A stretch of DNA of 64,000 bases from the human T2T-CHM13v2.0 reference genome, Homo sapiens, in assembly GCF_009914755.1 (NCBI RefSeq), contig NC_060939.1. The stretch is one strand, 5' to 3'. Of this stretch, positions 46,100 to 64,000 are shown one piece after another (the first letter of the stretch is position 1; each line of letters opens with the position of its first letter). Position numbers and translations under genes: made by a program. The notes beneath the pieces are model-generated. The model worked only from the letters and a program-made list of their open reading frames with translations. It searched no databases and was not told where the DNA came from.

Positions 46100-49000
46100 T
46101 GGAAAAATATATGTCTCTAGAGGAGACCCAAGAGGGCCCAGTGAGAAAGAAAGTCCAAAGAGACTTAAGAACTGCCACAATTTTGAATGTCTTCCCAAAT
46201 CACATACAAATCAATCAACAGAGAGTGGAAGTCTTATGCACTCAAGATATTTGAGCACTACATTTGCCCAAATTATTGTATAACCACTAGGCCAAGCAGC
46301 CACAGATGTCAAGCTAAATAATTTAAATAAGAATGTAGAAACTGTGTAGAGACATCAGTGGCACACATTGCAGAAGAAAAAAGAAAGAAATATTCTGCAG
46401 ATTAATCCAGGAAAGTAGTTAAAAATTTAAAAACATTTAAAAAATAGAATCCAGAGATGCTAAAAAAAAAGTATAATCTATGATGTCCAGTTTGCAACCA
46501 AAAACTACAATTTTGTGAAGAATCAAGAATGTGAAATCCACGCTCAGGAAACAAAGCAGTCAGTAGAAACAAGAGTGGGCCAACATGTTGGATTCATAAT
46601 TATTTCCAAGCAACTGTTAAAATATGTTCAAATAATTAAAGAAAATTATGTTCAAAAGTTAATGGCAAAATATGATGACCATTACTCAATATATATGGAA
46701 ATTTGATGGATAATTAGAACAGAAAGAAGGAAGGAAGGAAGGTAGGAAAGAGGACAGGAGAGGAGGGGAGGGGAAGGGTGGGGAGGGGAGTGGAGGGAGG
46801 GAGGGAGGGAGGAAGGAAGGAAGGAAGGAAGGAGATAGTGTTGATGAGTATCATAACCAACATGAAAAATTCACTAGGTGGGATTGTCAGCAGATTTGAG
46901 ATGGCAAGATAGTAGAGAATGAATCAGTAATTTGATGATTAACCCCAAATTATTCAATTCAAAGAACAGAGAAAACAAGATTAAAGAAAAGTAAACAGCT
47001 GTAGAGACCTATAGGATAGCATAAAGCATATCAACCAACATGTAATGGGAGGCCCAAAAAGAGAGGAAAATAAATGTCTGAAAAAATATTTGAAGATATA
47101 ATGAGAGAAGAAGATAGTATAGGAGGAACAAAACATATATGAGACATATAGAATCAAACAACAAAATGGCAAATGTAAATCCAAAAATATCAATGATGTC
47201 ATTAAATATGAACGAACAAACCCTCATTCCAAAGGCAGAGGTTGTAAGACCAGATTTAAAAAATAGGTTCAAGTATATATTGTCTATAAATGACATGCTT
47301 TTGATTCAATAATGCAAACAGCTTAAAAGTTAAAAGATGGGAAAAGATACACCATGCAAATGGTAACCATAATAAAGATGGTTATATTGACATAAGACAA
47401 AATATACATTAAAAGGAGAAATATTACTAGAGCTAAGGGTGCAATTCATAATACTGAAACAAATTGTTAATCAGCAAGGTGTAACAATTATAAATGTATG
47501 TGAATATATATACTCTGACATACAAGAAGAAAAAGTTGAAAGAAGGCATTTAAAATTTAATAATAATAGCTGAATATTTTAGTAGTCTTCTCTCAGTATG
47601 TGATAGAATAACCAAAAAGAAAATTAGTATAGAGAACACCTGACTTAACTTACATATAGCAGTTCTTTTCAAAACAAAAGAATGTATATTCTTTTTGAGT
47701 GCACATCAAAATTTCTCCAGCATAGATCTTATAATAGGCTATTAAATAAATATCAATATATCTTAAGGGACTGAAACCATGCACAGAATATTCACCTACT
47801 CAAGAGAATTAAATTATAAATTAACTTTCATAAGAAATCTGGGATATCTCTGATTATTTGGAAATTAAACAATTTGTATCAAATTAACTTATGGATCAAA
47901 GAGGAAATCCAATGGGTAATTAGAAAATATCTTTAAGTGAATAAAAATTAAAACTCAATATGTGAAAATTTATAGTATGCAGCAAAAATAGTACACAGAA
48001 GGAACTTTGTAATTTATAATATTTAGAAATGCAGAAAGATCTAAAATCAAGAATCTAAGCATCCACATTCAGAAACAAGAAAAATAAGTGCAAATAAATC
48101 CCAAAGTATAAGAAAGAACAAAATAAAAGCCAAAGTTAGATCAATGAAATAAAAATCATATGAACAATAGAGAATCCATAAAGAACATGCTTTTTATTCA
48201 ATAATTCATAATTTGATTTCTTAAAACGGTCAACAAAATGATCATTATTTAGCTAGACAAAGAAAAGAAAGAAGATACAAGTTACCAAAATTGGGATTGA
48301 AAGAAGGGGCATCACTACAGATCTTACAAAGTAAAAATGAATATCATTAACAACTTTATGCCAACAAGTGAATACATTCTTAGGAGAACACAGACTACCA
48401 AAACTGACTCAAGGACACATGGACAATCTGATGAGGTTTATTTTAAGTGGAAAGAAGAATTAGTAATTAAAACTCTTCCCACAAATGGAAGTCTAGGCCC
48501 AAATGGCTTTGTTGATACATTCTATCAAACTCTTAAGAACAAAATAGTGCTAATTATAAAAACATCCTTTCAGAAAATAGAGGAGAAACACTTGCCAACT
48601 CATTTTATGAGGTCTGTGTTATCCTGATACCAAAGCCAAAATGAGGGCATCACAAGAAAAGACAGCTACAGCCCAATATTTGTTATAAACAGACAATAGT
48701 ATTATTCAGTGCTGAAAAGGAATGAGCTATCAAGCCATGAAGAGACATGGAAGAACCTTAAATGGATATTACTAAGTTAAAGAAAACAACCTGAAAAGGC
48801 TACATACTGTATTTCCAGCTGTATGACATTCTGGAGAAAGCAAAACCATGGAGACTAAAAAGATCGGGGTTGCCAGGAGTTTGGAAGGAAGGAAGGATAA
48901 ATAGGTGGAACACAGGGGATTCTTAGGGCAGTAAAACTACTTTGGATAATACTGTAATATTGAGTACACATCATTATACATTTTTTCAAACCCATAAGAT

Positions 49001-49240
49001 GTACAACACCAAAAGTGAAGAGAATCCTCATGTAAACTATAGACTTTGAGTGATGATGTTTCTATGTAGGTTCAGCAGTTACAACAAACCTACCACTCTG
49101 GTGAGGGATGTCAATGTTGAGGGAGTCCATGCATGTACAGGAGTGGGGGGCATATGGGAAATCCCTGCATCTTCCTTCTCAGTTTCGCTGTGGACCTAAA
49201 ACTGCTTTAAATAAAGCCTTTTTATTTTTTTAAAAAAAGA
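46100..49240 (+). mobile_element. Old L1M (L1MC-like) element with large internal deletions
   Basis: A-rich ORF1/ORF2 remnants (e.g. SLGPNGFVDTFYQ in ORF 48337-48627) joined near 48695 to an L1MC-type 3' end. Confidence 0.7.
46722..46833. repeat. Polypurine (GGAA)n/(GGGA)n tract
   Basis: About 110 bp, almost purine-only on the + strand. Confidence 0.9.
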
Positions 49241-50772
49241 GAGAGAGACAACCTATGGAAGAAAAAAATGGTTTCACTTAAGTAAAAAAGGAAAAGTCAC
49301 TTAAACAATGTAAGAGTAAACTTTTGCGACATGGTATGCCAATGTTAAGTTAAAGCTATTTGCCAGTATTATTGATCACTTTAGTTGCAGGATATGGAAA
49401 CAATATATTTATGTCTATTTGACCAGCCCCCCAGGGGTCTGGACTAGCAGATTCTATTTATTTTAGCAAATAATTATGTAGTAACCTCTATGAGCAACAT
49501 ACTGCTCGATGTGTAGGGATTTTCCTGTGAATAAGACACAGACCTGCCCTCATGGAACTTCTAGGCTTCTGGGGAGATAGAAAACAAACAACTAATACAT
49601 ACACAATAATTCAGTTGTAATTGTAATGAGCACTTTGAAGGAACAAATAGATGGAGGGATTATAGGAAGGGAGGGACAAGAGTGGATAAGATGAAATCAG
49701 TTAGGAGGCAATTGTAGACACTCAAGTGAAGATAACATTAGCATTCTATTTCCCTTTTTTAGATGATTGTAAGTCTGGAGGCTATGTAGGAATTTAGAGA
49801 TCATAGTGAATTATATTAATTATGCTAATATATTTATATAATATGTAATTTATAAGATGATTAATAATTATAATTAACAGTTACATTTAACATGAGGACA
49901 GTAAGTACCAGAGAGAGTAAGAGATTTGCTCAATGTTCTAGAAATTAACAAAACTGCATCTCTTTAAAAACAATTCTTTCATTTGTATTCTCATTAACTT
50001 GTTATGCTTCTCTACTTTCTCCCTGTAATTTGTCTAAAAGCCTAAGGCTTCACTATTGTCTAATGTATGTAATTTTATACTATGTGTTATTTATGCATAT
50101 TCTGCCAACACTAAAATGAGAGAATCCTTCTTGTTAATGTCATAAAAGTTCTGGGACTAATCGCAGTATTTCTGCTGACTCAGAACTGTGTATACTATCA
50201 ACTCTGAGTCATTGTCCTCTGGGGAGGAGGTCTAGTGGCTGGAAGATCCCTTTCTGTCAATCAGGGTGTCAAGTGTCTAGAGATGCCTTCTAAATGGAGA
50301 TTAAGTAGTCATAAATAAAATATTTTTACCCCAAGAAAAGGTGGAACATATGAACCCAGAGAGGATGGATTTTCAGGAGTTTCATATTGATCAAGCCTCA
50401 GATTTTTGGCTTAGAAGATGAGACGAAAAAGATCATTCTGGCAATTATATACTCTTAGAAAAGAAGTGAACTATATGTGCTTCTTCTCTAGAATCATCAC
50501 TGGCCCCTTTGGCCTTGTGAAATAAGTGAACAGTCCCTAGTCTGACCCTGCTAAGTAACAGTGAGGCTGGATGTAGTCTGTAAATTTCAAGTCCCTTTGA
50601 AATCTGAGGATTTCCGTAGTCTCAACTCTTTCATGTATGAGGCCAAATGTATGTGTGCAGCCTTGGTCCATAGCAATACAGGAATTGAAAGATTATGGAG
50701 TTGGCCAGGTTGGCATTTGGATTCCTTTCTAGCAACTTTATGGTTTTCTGGACTTCAGCTATTTATTTCTAA

Positions 50773-51065
<293 letters not shown>

Positions 51066-51266
51066 TATTTCTACCTTTTCTAAGCCTGTTTCCTCATCTG
51101 CAAAATGATTTTTAAAAAGTGATAGCCATTTCTTAGGGTTAACAAATGATTTAAAGTAACGAGTATTTTATATATAGATGCTTAACAATGTTGAGAAGCT
51201 ATTTTTATGATGACTATCCCTAGTCACCCACAACTAATCATCGTTTGATTTTTGTTTTTACTGTAG

Positions 51267-51491
<225 letters not shown>

Positions 51492-53089
51492 TAGAAATTA
51501 TAGACAGCTCGTACCTGCTTTCTCACCTAAAAGGGGAAGAAGGCTCCAAGTAGAGTTTGGTCCTCCATTGCCTTGAAAAACGGGTTCAACAATTGCTTTC
51601 ACCTGCAGGATCATCTATCTTGATCCTGGAAGCAATGCGTGCATGCTTTCCAATTTGGTTCCTCAATCAGCTGCCCTCACTAGCAAGCAGCTGGGAGCCT
51701 CTCTTTGACATGCATCCCCAACTTTTACAGAACCTCTGCTTGCCTGGCTCTGTTGTTATATGCATAAAATTCTTGCCTTATGCAACAAGTGGACTAGTTC
51801 TATGTACATCATAAAGGGCATAGGTCAGTGTGTAGATATTGTTGGTACATATATCTATTGTGTTTCCATCTTCTGCGTCAATCTAAATCTGTAGTTCTCT
51901 TTGTTATCCTGCTGTCTCCAGAGCACACAAAAGTGTGTGCATGGCGTGGGTCTCCCAGAATGAGTGGGTTTTGGACTCATATGCTAGTGTTGAGAGAAAG
52001 TGCTCTTGTATAAATCACATTCTTTCTACAGCTATATTAACTGCATGAGCAGCTGGATAGCTGCTACAGCAGGCTGTTCTGGCTGCTTTTCCCACTCCCC
52101 CATAGAGAAGCATAAATAAAGGACATTTTGACAGTGCCAGGGTAATAGACTCTTGTAAATTTCTTAGGCAAGCTGACAGACTGCTCCTCGGTGACTTCCA
52201 TTCAACCCTAAGAATACCTGGACCTCCCCAGCATTAAGCTCATTGTGTTGGCTTTGATAGTCTCCTGGAACAGCTAGGAAGCACTTGGCATCTATGCAAT
52301 CCTGAGCTTGTAGAAATCTGTTAGTTACCAAAGAGAGTACAGGGTGTGACAGGCAATGCACATTATCTAACTTCTCATGTAGTCGAAGATTTTTTTTAAC
52401 TCAGAGCTACCGAACCACCCTTTTGACTATTAATTCTGTCAAATAGCCACTTAGTCTAAAGACTTGTTTCAAATAATTGTTTTGTTACTGAATTAATAAA
52501 TTCTTAGACTGAATTAATCCTATTCACCCACATTAATGTAAAAGAAGAATAAGAAGAGCTGAAATCATTGGATGAGCCTGAGATTGGGCATCAAGAGATC
52601 TCACTCTTTCACTTACCAGCAGTGTTGAAAGCTACTTACTTCTAGGAACCTATTTTTTTTCATATGTCAAATGCAGATTTTAATAAGGACTCCTTTTATC
52701 CTACCGTACAAGGTTTTGTAGGGACTAAAAGAAAACATATATGTGAATATACTTGGAGGTTATATAATCAGAAATCTGTTCACTCCCTTGTCATTCAAAA
52801 CGTATAAGATTGGAAAAAAAAAGCTTTAAATATTGTGACTTTAAGGCCTTATGGACATAGGTTTGTGTCTCTCTCTGTACATGTGTCTTGATGGGAAGGG
52901 GCTTGTCATTTGTTTAAAAGACAACTCCATGTAACTCTTCAAAGATTTATTAGCTTGTGACTGTCATTGAGTTTGTTTCTCCAAGCACCAATTCAAACAA
53001 ACAGCTTCTAGTCACGTAAGTATCAGTGCCATTCACAATAAATCAGCTGGAAACTCAAAGTTCTCTGGAGCTGTTTGAAAATGAAATGA

Positions 53090-53248
<159 letters not shown>

Positions 53249-55087
53249 TAGAAGGAATAATGGAGGGAGAACTGGCTAGAGAAAGCCCTAACAGTGCCAG
53301 ACCTGGTTTTGGTTTAAGAATCCCATTCTCTATATGAAAAACACTTCTCCGAATGTATTAGTTTCCTCCTTCTCTTTGTTTTCCTGTCCTTACAAACATT
53401 GTTGAGTAACTGAGCAGAATCACAGGCAGTGATACTCACAGAGGATGGTGAGTAATTTTACATATGGGGGGGCCCACCCCATGGGAAGGAAGCCAGCCTG
53501 GAGTTGGGTGTTTTGGTGATTTTTGCGTAAGGTACATAATGCAGTCTATGAGCTACAAAGCAGTATAGAAATTTCCATCCTGAACATATTGCAAATGCTT
53601 TTTGTACATTGGGAAGCTGAGTCCCAGTTGAGTCTTGAGATTATTATTCTAAGGTCATCTTTCCATTTTTTGTTTAGCATTACCATTTATCCAAAAGATG
53701 GAGGATACTTAAATACACCCGTGAGAGGCATTCTTTCCTTCCTTCATAAGAATGTAAATATTTTTGCAGTTTCTCTGGTTAATGCAGCTTTAAAGTAGTT
53801 CCAATCATTTCTCCCCCAGCACACTAAGTACCTGATTTGTAAGTATTGAAATGAAATATCATTCTTTACAGTGACATTTATATTGGAACTGCATTAAAGA
53901 ACATAAGCTATTACCTTAAAATAATGATTATTAATACGATATTTCCTCTTCTATTTTCCAGTCTATAGTTGGCTAATTAGAAAAAGAATTATCCTGCTCT
54001 TGTTTCTTTGGGATACAGTCTCTGTTGCTAGGTCATACACTTAGATCTATAACTTGTATTTAATGTGGAAATCCCACCCACTGAGAGATTTACTTTACCT
54101 ATTAGGGATGGGCCCAAAGCTATTGAGGCTGTTGAGGAAAAAGCCAAAATGAAATGATGCATCCTTTGGGGGCTCATTTTTTTAGAGGCATCCCGTCCAT
54201 GTGGACAGCTGTGGGCTTCACACTGAGTGTTTGTGACCTGAGGTCACACACGTGGTGTGTTTGCATACACAAAGGCATGTGGCTGGGCCCCAGGGGTTGC
54301 TGGTAGCTTAGGAGGAGGATGTGAGTCCCTTTACCCAAGCAGGCTGTCAGCTTGCTCCTTGCAACACTGCTAACTTGGACAGCAAAGTGGATCTTAAAGA
54401 AGGACAGAAGATGGTAACTCAGCTGAGGTTTGAAGAGTGACTCAACTTGTGTTTAAATTCTCTACCTGCGAGCTGCATCCTTGTATTGTGGGACCTTCCT
54501 GCAGTGCATCCTTTCTACCACCCACAAGGGCTCCTTTAATAACACAAATCTATTCAAGTCACAGTAATGCCCATAAGTGTCTTCATTGTGTCTCGATAAA
54601 ATCCACCTCATCATCGTGGTGAGTAAGGCCTTTTACAATCTCTTCTTTCTTTTTTTTATACTCAATGCTTAGTATAGTATAAAGTAGGTATTAAAAATGT
54701 ATGATGGCTGACAAGTGAGTAAGTAAGTGAACAAGTAAATAAATGGCAATTTCCAAGCCCTCAAATGATGATCCTCACTGTCCTTGGGTAAGTAGAAAAA
54801 GAGAAGAAATTATTGTGGTCCAAATGTGATCAGATGCCATTCTGAAATGGAGATATTAAGAGTCGTTGCAATGGGTAGAGCTGGAAAATGTGTGGGTGAA
54901 AGAAGGAAAGACACAAGAATGCAGGGCTGAGATCTCTCAGACCTGCCACTAGATATGGTTTGAGAGACAATAATCCACCCAATGGATTATTTCCCAGAGT
55001 AAGGCAATTCTAGTTCAGGTATGGAATCTCTTATGGACACATTCTAATAACAGATGATAATTAGGCAGAAAGACTTCCATCCATATA

Positions 55088-55510
55088 CGTAGTAGATGCT
55101 GCGGTCCACCCTCGAGATCCCTCCTTAGGACCCAGGCACTCAATTTCCCCTGGTTGTTCACAGCTGTGTCTATAACCAGGAATTGCTTGTAACTAAAGGA
55201 CCCCATCTTGCCCCAAAGCTATGGCTCCTCCCTACCTGCAGCCTACATCCAATAGCTGATCTGTGGGAAAACAAAAGCCTTATCTCTGCTTCAGTTGGGA
55301 TGACTCCAAAGGGCCATTCCAGCTCTAGATATCCCTATAGGATTAGCTGGCACCTCTGTTGTAATTCCCTTGTGGTTCAACCTCCCCCTCTGCCCAACTT
55401 TGTTTCCCTAGTAACTCACAGGTATTGTTACAGCAAGCACTCCCCAGAAGTCCTTCTGTATGCAAATCTCAGCATCTCAGAGGCTGTTTCCTGCTGTAAA
55501 CAACTTATAA
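55088..55510 (+). mobile_element. LTR16-like ERVL LTR
   Basis: gtagtagatgctgcggtcc...agatccc start and tgcaaatctcagcatctcagagg end. Confidence 0.55.
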
Positions 55511-55761
55511 CAGTATTTCAAAAAGGCTTAGATTATAAAACATGCATGCTGGAACTAAGCACTTAAATTGTTGGAGATGGTTTAGTGGGGATGAGTTTCA
55601 TATAGGAAATTCAATCATCGGAACTCCGTGTTCAGGGCTCCCAGTGGCCCTTCATTCACTCCACTTGCCTTAGCTGTTTAGGGAACAAAGCCCTCTACTA
55701 CAAAACTAGAGACCGCAGATCAGAGCAGGGTTTCTTGCAGTAGCCCAGACTGTAGGCTGAC

Positions 55762-56220
55762 TGTATTTATTTTCTGTGGCTGCTGTAACAGAATACCACA
55801 ACTTGGATGGCTTAAAACAACATAAATCTGTTCTCTCACAGATCTGGAAGATAAAAGCCTGAAATCAAGGTGTTGGCAGTGTTATGTTCTCTCTAAAGGC
55901 AACTGTTTCGTGCCTTTCTTTGAGCTTCTTGTATTGCCAGAAATCCTTGGTGTTTTTTGGTTTGTCAACGCATCACTACAATTTCTTCCTTTCTTGTCAC
56001 ATGGCCTTCTCTACCTGTGAACCTCTATCTCTGTGTCTCCCCTCTTCTTCTTATAAGGACACCAGACATACTGGAATAAGAGCCCACCTTACTCCAGGAT
56101 GACCTCATCTTAACTTAATTAATTATATCTGTAGTGAACCTATTTCCAAATAAGCTCATATTCTGACATTCTGATAAGGAGATAAATTTGGGCATTGGGC
56201 AAGATACTATTCAAGCTAAT
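55762..56220 (-). mobile_element. MLT1-type MaLR LTR
   Basis: gctgctgtaacagaataccacaacttggatggcttaaaacaac...ctatttccaaataag. Confidence 0.78.
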
Positions 56221-56469
56221 AAACTGGGTCACACAAGAAAACACAAAATTATCTCCAAGAATTAGGGAAGGTTTTTATTTCTGTCTCCATATTGCCATGC
56301 GGTAAAGCCCTAAATATGTTATAACAGTTCTTATTTTCTCTCCACCTCATGATGAGGAAAATGAAAAGTTTCAGATTTTCTTGGAACATCTTGGAAGACA
56401 AATTTGAGACTCATGGCATGTATGAGTGCTGATTAAGGCTGCTCCAGTATTATAATACACAATGTTAAG

Positions 56470-56725
56470 GTAGCAATAATGATAACAAACACATCTATCA
56501 TACTTATTGTGTGCTAAGCCCTTTACATATCTTAAATTACTTCATGTCTGCTATTGTACAACAAAGCACTACAAAATCAGTTTCATTATTATTCTCATTA
56601 TTCCTATTTTACAAATGAGACCACTGAGACAGAGAAGTTAAGTAACTTGCTCAAGGTCCCACAGCTAGAAGTTTTCTGAGCCAGGATTTGAAGCCAGACA
56701 GATATGTTGCTGGGATCTTTGCTTT
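56470..56725 (-). mobile_element. MIR SINE
   Basis: attttacaaatgagaccactgagacagagaagttaagtaacttgctcaaggtcccacagctag. Confidence 0.8.
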
Positions 56726-57262
56726 TACCTCGTGCTTTCTGTCTAGTAGAATGTGGTTGGTAAAAGGGGACCTGGGCTTTGGAAGCAGGAGACCCACCTT
56801 CTGCACTTGGCTGTAATTAAGCAGATCTGCAGCAACAGGTGAGCCACTTAACCTCTCTGGGTCACAATTTTCTTATTTATAATAGGAAGACAGAATTGGA
56901 ACTAAAAGATAGGTGTGGTTTCTGCTACATTATGTTGACCAAGTTTTTTGCTGGGTATCCAAGGGACTTATGGATCACCCAGACCAGGGTGACCCAGTGT
57001 AATGTGAAGCCCTTAAAAATTTTATGCAATTTTTCTTTTTTTTCTTGTACTTTTTTTTTTATATACTTTAAGTTCTAGGGTACATGTGAACAACAGGCAG
57101 GTTTGTTACATATGTATACATGTGCCATGTTGGTGTGCTACACCCATTAACTCGTCATTTACAATAGGGATATCTCCTAATGCTATCCCTCCCCCCTCCC
57201 CACCCCCACAACAGTCCCCGGTGTGTGATGTTCCCCTTCCTGTGTCCAAGTGTTCTCATTGT

Positions 57263-61088
<3,826 letters not shown>

Positions 61089-61151
61089 TATAATGTTAAC
61101 TGGTTATTTTGCTCATTAGATGATGCAGTTTCTTCCTAGCATCGATGGTCT

Positions 61152-62168
61152 TTACAATTTGGCACGTTTTTGCAGTGGCTGGTACTGGTTGTTCCTTTCC
61201 ATGTTTAGTGCTTCCTTCAGGAGCTCTTGTAGGGCAGGCCTGGAGGTGACAAAATATCTCAGCATTTGCTTGTCTGTAAAGGATTTTATTTCTCCTTCAT
61301 TTATGAAGCTTAGTTTGGCTGGATATGAAATTCTGGGTTGAAAATTCTTTTCTTTAAGAATGTTGAATGTTGGCCCCCACTCTCTTCTGGCTTGTAGAGT
61401 TTCTGCCGAGAGATCTGCTGTTAGTCTGATGGGCTTCCCTTTGTGGGTAACCCGACCTTTCTCTCTGGCTGCCCTTAACATTTTTTCCTTCATTTCAACT
61501 TTGGTGAATCTGACAATTATGTGTCTTCGAGTTGCTCTTCTCAAGGAATATCTTTGTGGCGTTCTCTGTATTTCATGAATTTGAATGTTGGCCTGCCTTG
61601 CTAGGTTGGGGAAGTTCTCCTGGATAATATCTTGCAGAGTGTTTTCCAACTTGGTTCCATTCACCCCATCACTTTCAGGTACACCAATCAGATGTAGATT
61701 TGGTCTTTTCACATAGTCCCATATTTCTTGGAGGCTTTGTTTGTTTGTTTTCACTCTTTTTTCTCTAAACTTCTCTTCTCCCTTCATTTCATTCATTTGA
61801 TCTTCAGTCACTGATACCTTTTCTTCCAGTTGATCGAATTGCCTACTGGAGCTTGTGCATCTGTCACATAGATCTCGTGCCATGGTTTTCAGCTCCATCA
61901 GGTCCTTTAAGGACTTCTCTACACTAGTTATTCTAGTTAGCCATTTGTTTAATCTGTTTTCGAGGTTTTTAGCTTCTTTGCGATGGGTTTGAATTTCCTC
62001 CTTTAGCTCGGAGAAGTTTGATCGTCTGAAGCCTTCTTCTCTCAAATCGTCAAAGTCATTCTCTGTCCAGCTTTGTTCCATTGCTGGCGAGGAGCTGCGT
62101 TCCTTTGGAGGGGGAGAGGCACTCTGATTTTTAGAATTTTCAGCTTTCCTGCTCTGTTTTTTCCCCAT
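61152..62168 (-). CDS. L1 ORF1p, uninterrupted 338-aa reading frame
   Basis: ORF track 338 aa, MGKKQSRK...KRAKL; REKG, ARR and YPAKLS motifs are present. Expression is not shown. Confidence 0.8.
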   Translation of the reverse strand: MGKKQSRKAENSKNQSASPPPKERSSSPAMEQSWTENDFDDLREEGFRRSNFSELKEEIQTHRKEAKNLENRLNKWLTRITSVEKSLKDLMELKTMARDLCDRCTSSSRQFDQLEEKVSVTEDQMNEMKGEEKFREKRVKTNKQSLQEIWDYVKRPNLHLIGVPESDGVNGTKLENTLQDIIQENFPNLARQANIQIHEIQRTPQRYSLRRATRRHIIVRFTKVEMKEKMLRAAREKGRVTHKGKPIRLTADLSAETLQARREWGPTFNILKEKNFQPRISYPAKLSFINEGEIKSFTDKQMLRYFVTSRPALQELLKEALNMERNNQYQPLQKRAKL

Positions 62169-64000
62169 CTTTGTGGTTTTAACTACCTTTGGTCTTTGAT
62201 GATGGTGACGTACAGATGGGGTTTTGGTGTGGATATCCTTTCTGTTTGTTAGTTTTCCTTCTAACAGTCAGGACCCTCAGCTGCAGGTCTGTTGCGGTTT
62301 GCTGGACGTCCACTCCAGACCCTGTTTGCCTGGGTATCAGCAGCAGGGGCTGCAGAGCAGCGAATATTGCTGAACAGCAAATGTTGCTGCCTGATCGTTC
62401 CTCTGGAAGCTTTGTCTCAGAGGGGTACCCAGCCATGTGACGTGTCAGTCTGCCCCTACTGGGGGGTGCCTCCCAGTTAGGCTACTCAGGGGTCAAGGAC
62501 CCACTTGAGGAGGAAGTCTGTCCGTTCTCTGATCTCAAACTCCATGCTAGGAGAACCACTACTGTCTTCAATGCTGTCAGACAGGGACATTTAATTCTGC
62601 AGAGATTTCTGCTGCCTTTTGTTTGGCTATGCCCTGCCTCCAGAGGTGGAGTCTACAGAGGCAGGCAGGCCTCCTTGAGCTGCCTTGGGCTCCACCCAGT
62701 TTGAGCTTCCTGGCAGCTTTGTTTACCTACTCAAGCCTCAGCAATGGTGGGTGCCCCTCCCCCAGCCTCGGTGCTGCCTTGCAGTTCGATCTCAGACTGC
62801 TGTGCTAGCAATGAGCGAGGCTCCATGGGCGTGGGACCCTCTGAGCCAGGCGCGGGATATTATCTCCTAGCGTGCCATTTGCTAAGACATTGGAAAAGTG
62901 CAGTATTAGTGTGGGAGTGACCCGATTTTCCAGGTGCCATCTGTCACAGCTTCCCTTGCCTAGGAAAGGAAATTCCCTGAGCCCTTGCACTTCCCAGGTG
63001 AGGTGATGCCTCGCCCTGCTTTGGCTCACGCTCGTTGGGCTGCACCCACTGTCCTGCACCCACTGTCCTACAAGCCCCAGTGAGATGAACCCGGTACCTC
63101 AGTTGGAAATGCATAAATCACCCGTCTTCTGCATCAGTCACACTGGGAGCTGTAGACTGGAGCTGTTCCTGTTTGGCCATCTTGGAACCCCAATTTTTCT
63201 TGAGTATGCACATTTTTCTAGGGAGAAAGTGCTCTGCTTTTAGAACCAATTAGGTAGTTTTCAAGGGACTTTGGCTGTTCTATCCACTATTTCCCCCTCT
63301 CCTTTTCATTTTATTCTGGCTGGTCTTTATTTCACCTTTCCAGAGTATACAAAGAGGGCTGAGAGTAATGTAATACATTAAGTGGCAGCTCTCCATCAGC
63401 AGGGTGAATAAGGAGCAGAGTAGATCTTCAGTGAAACAGCCAATTTTTTTTATAGCAGGGAACCTCCTAGGTTGCTTCCTTTTCTCATTTCACTTCCTCT
63501 TGACTTCTCTCCTTGTCTCATCAGAGAACCATGGCTCTCACACAGTTCTTTGGACTTGTGCAGCCCAGATGGGACACTTCTCCTCCCTAAAAGTGTCCTG
63601 AGCTGCAGAATTGCCTCTGTATCAGGATACAGACACACACACACACAGATTCTTTCTCTCCAACACACAAGTATATGTATATATCACACATATATACACA
63701 AACATGTATCCATATCAATGGTTTTTAATAATAGATGTATACAGGAAAGCAGAGTTTATTGTTTAATATGGGCTCCTGTGTCAGATGTAGAGTTCCAGGG
63801 AGAGCTCTACATTTCACAGTTGTGACCTTGAGACAGTTCCTGACTTTTATGAGCTTTAGTGGTAGACATGGTGCTCCTCATAGTTCCTACTTCATGGAGA
63901 TGCTATAAAGACTGAATGAGCTACTGCCTACAAAACATTTATCACCATTTTCATAGTAAAAACTCAATACATGTTTACTGTTTGTATTTTTATTGATTAA

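Overview
This is primate (most likely human) genomic DNA, not microbial. It is an intron-dominated, repeat-rich stretch of a + strand gene that I recognise as AGBL1 (cytosolic carboxypeptidase 4, M14D family). Three internal coding exons (19717-19846, 42915-43046, 51267-51443) have canonical AG/GT boundaries, join in one open frame, and carry the carboxypeptidase motifs DLNR, DFHGHS and YTMES. A fourth, 63-nt in-frame cassette exon candidate lies at 53129-53191. The introns hold two full-length LINE-1 elements facing each other, both with target-site duplications (TSDs): an L1PA2-type on + (25011-31049) and an L1PA5-type on - (57038-63190). There are also older L1/L2/MIR fragments, seven Alus, several LTR elements and microsatellites. 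Nearly all short ORFs in the supplied track are spurious or repeat-derived. I found no convincing novel biological system. The findings are testable splicing and retrotransposon hypotheses. Repeat subfamily names and boundaries of old repeats are from recognition by eye and are approximate.
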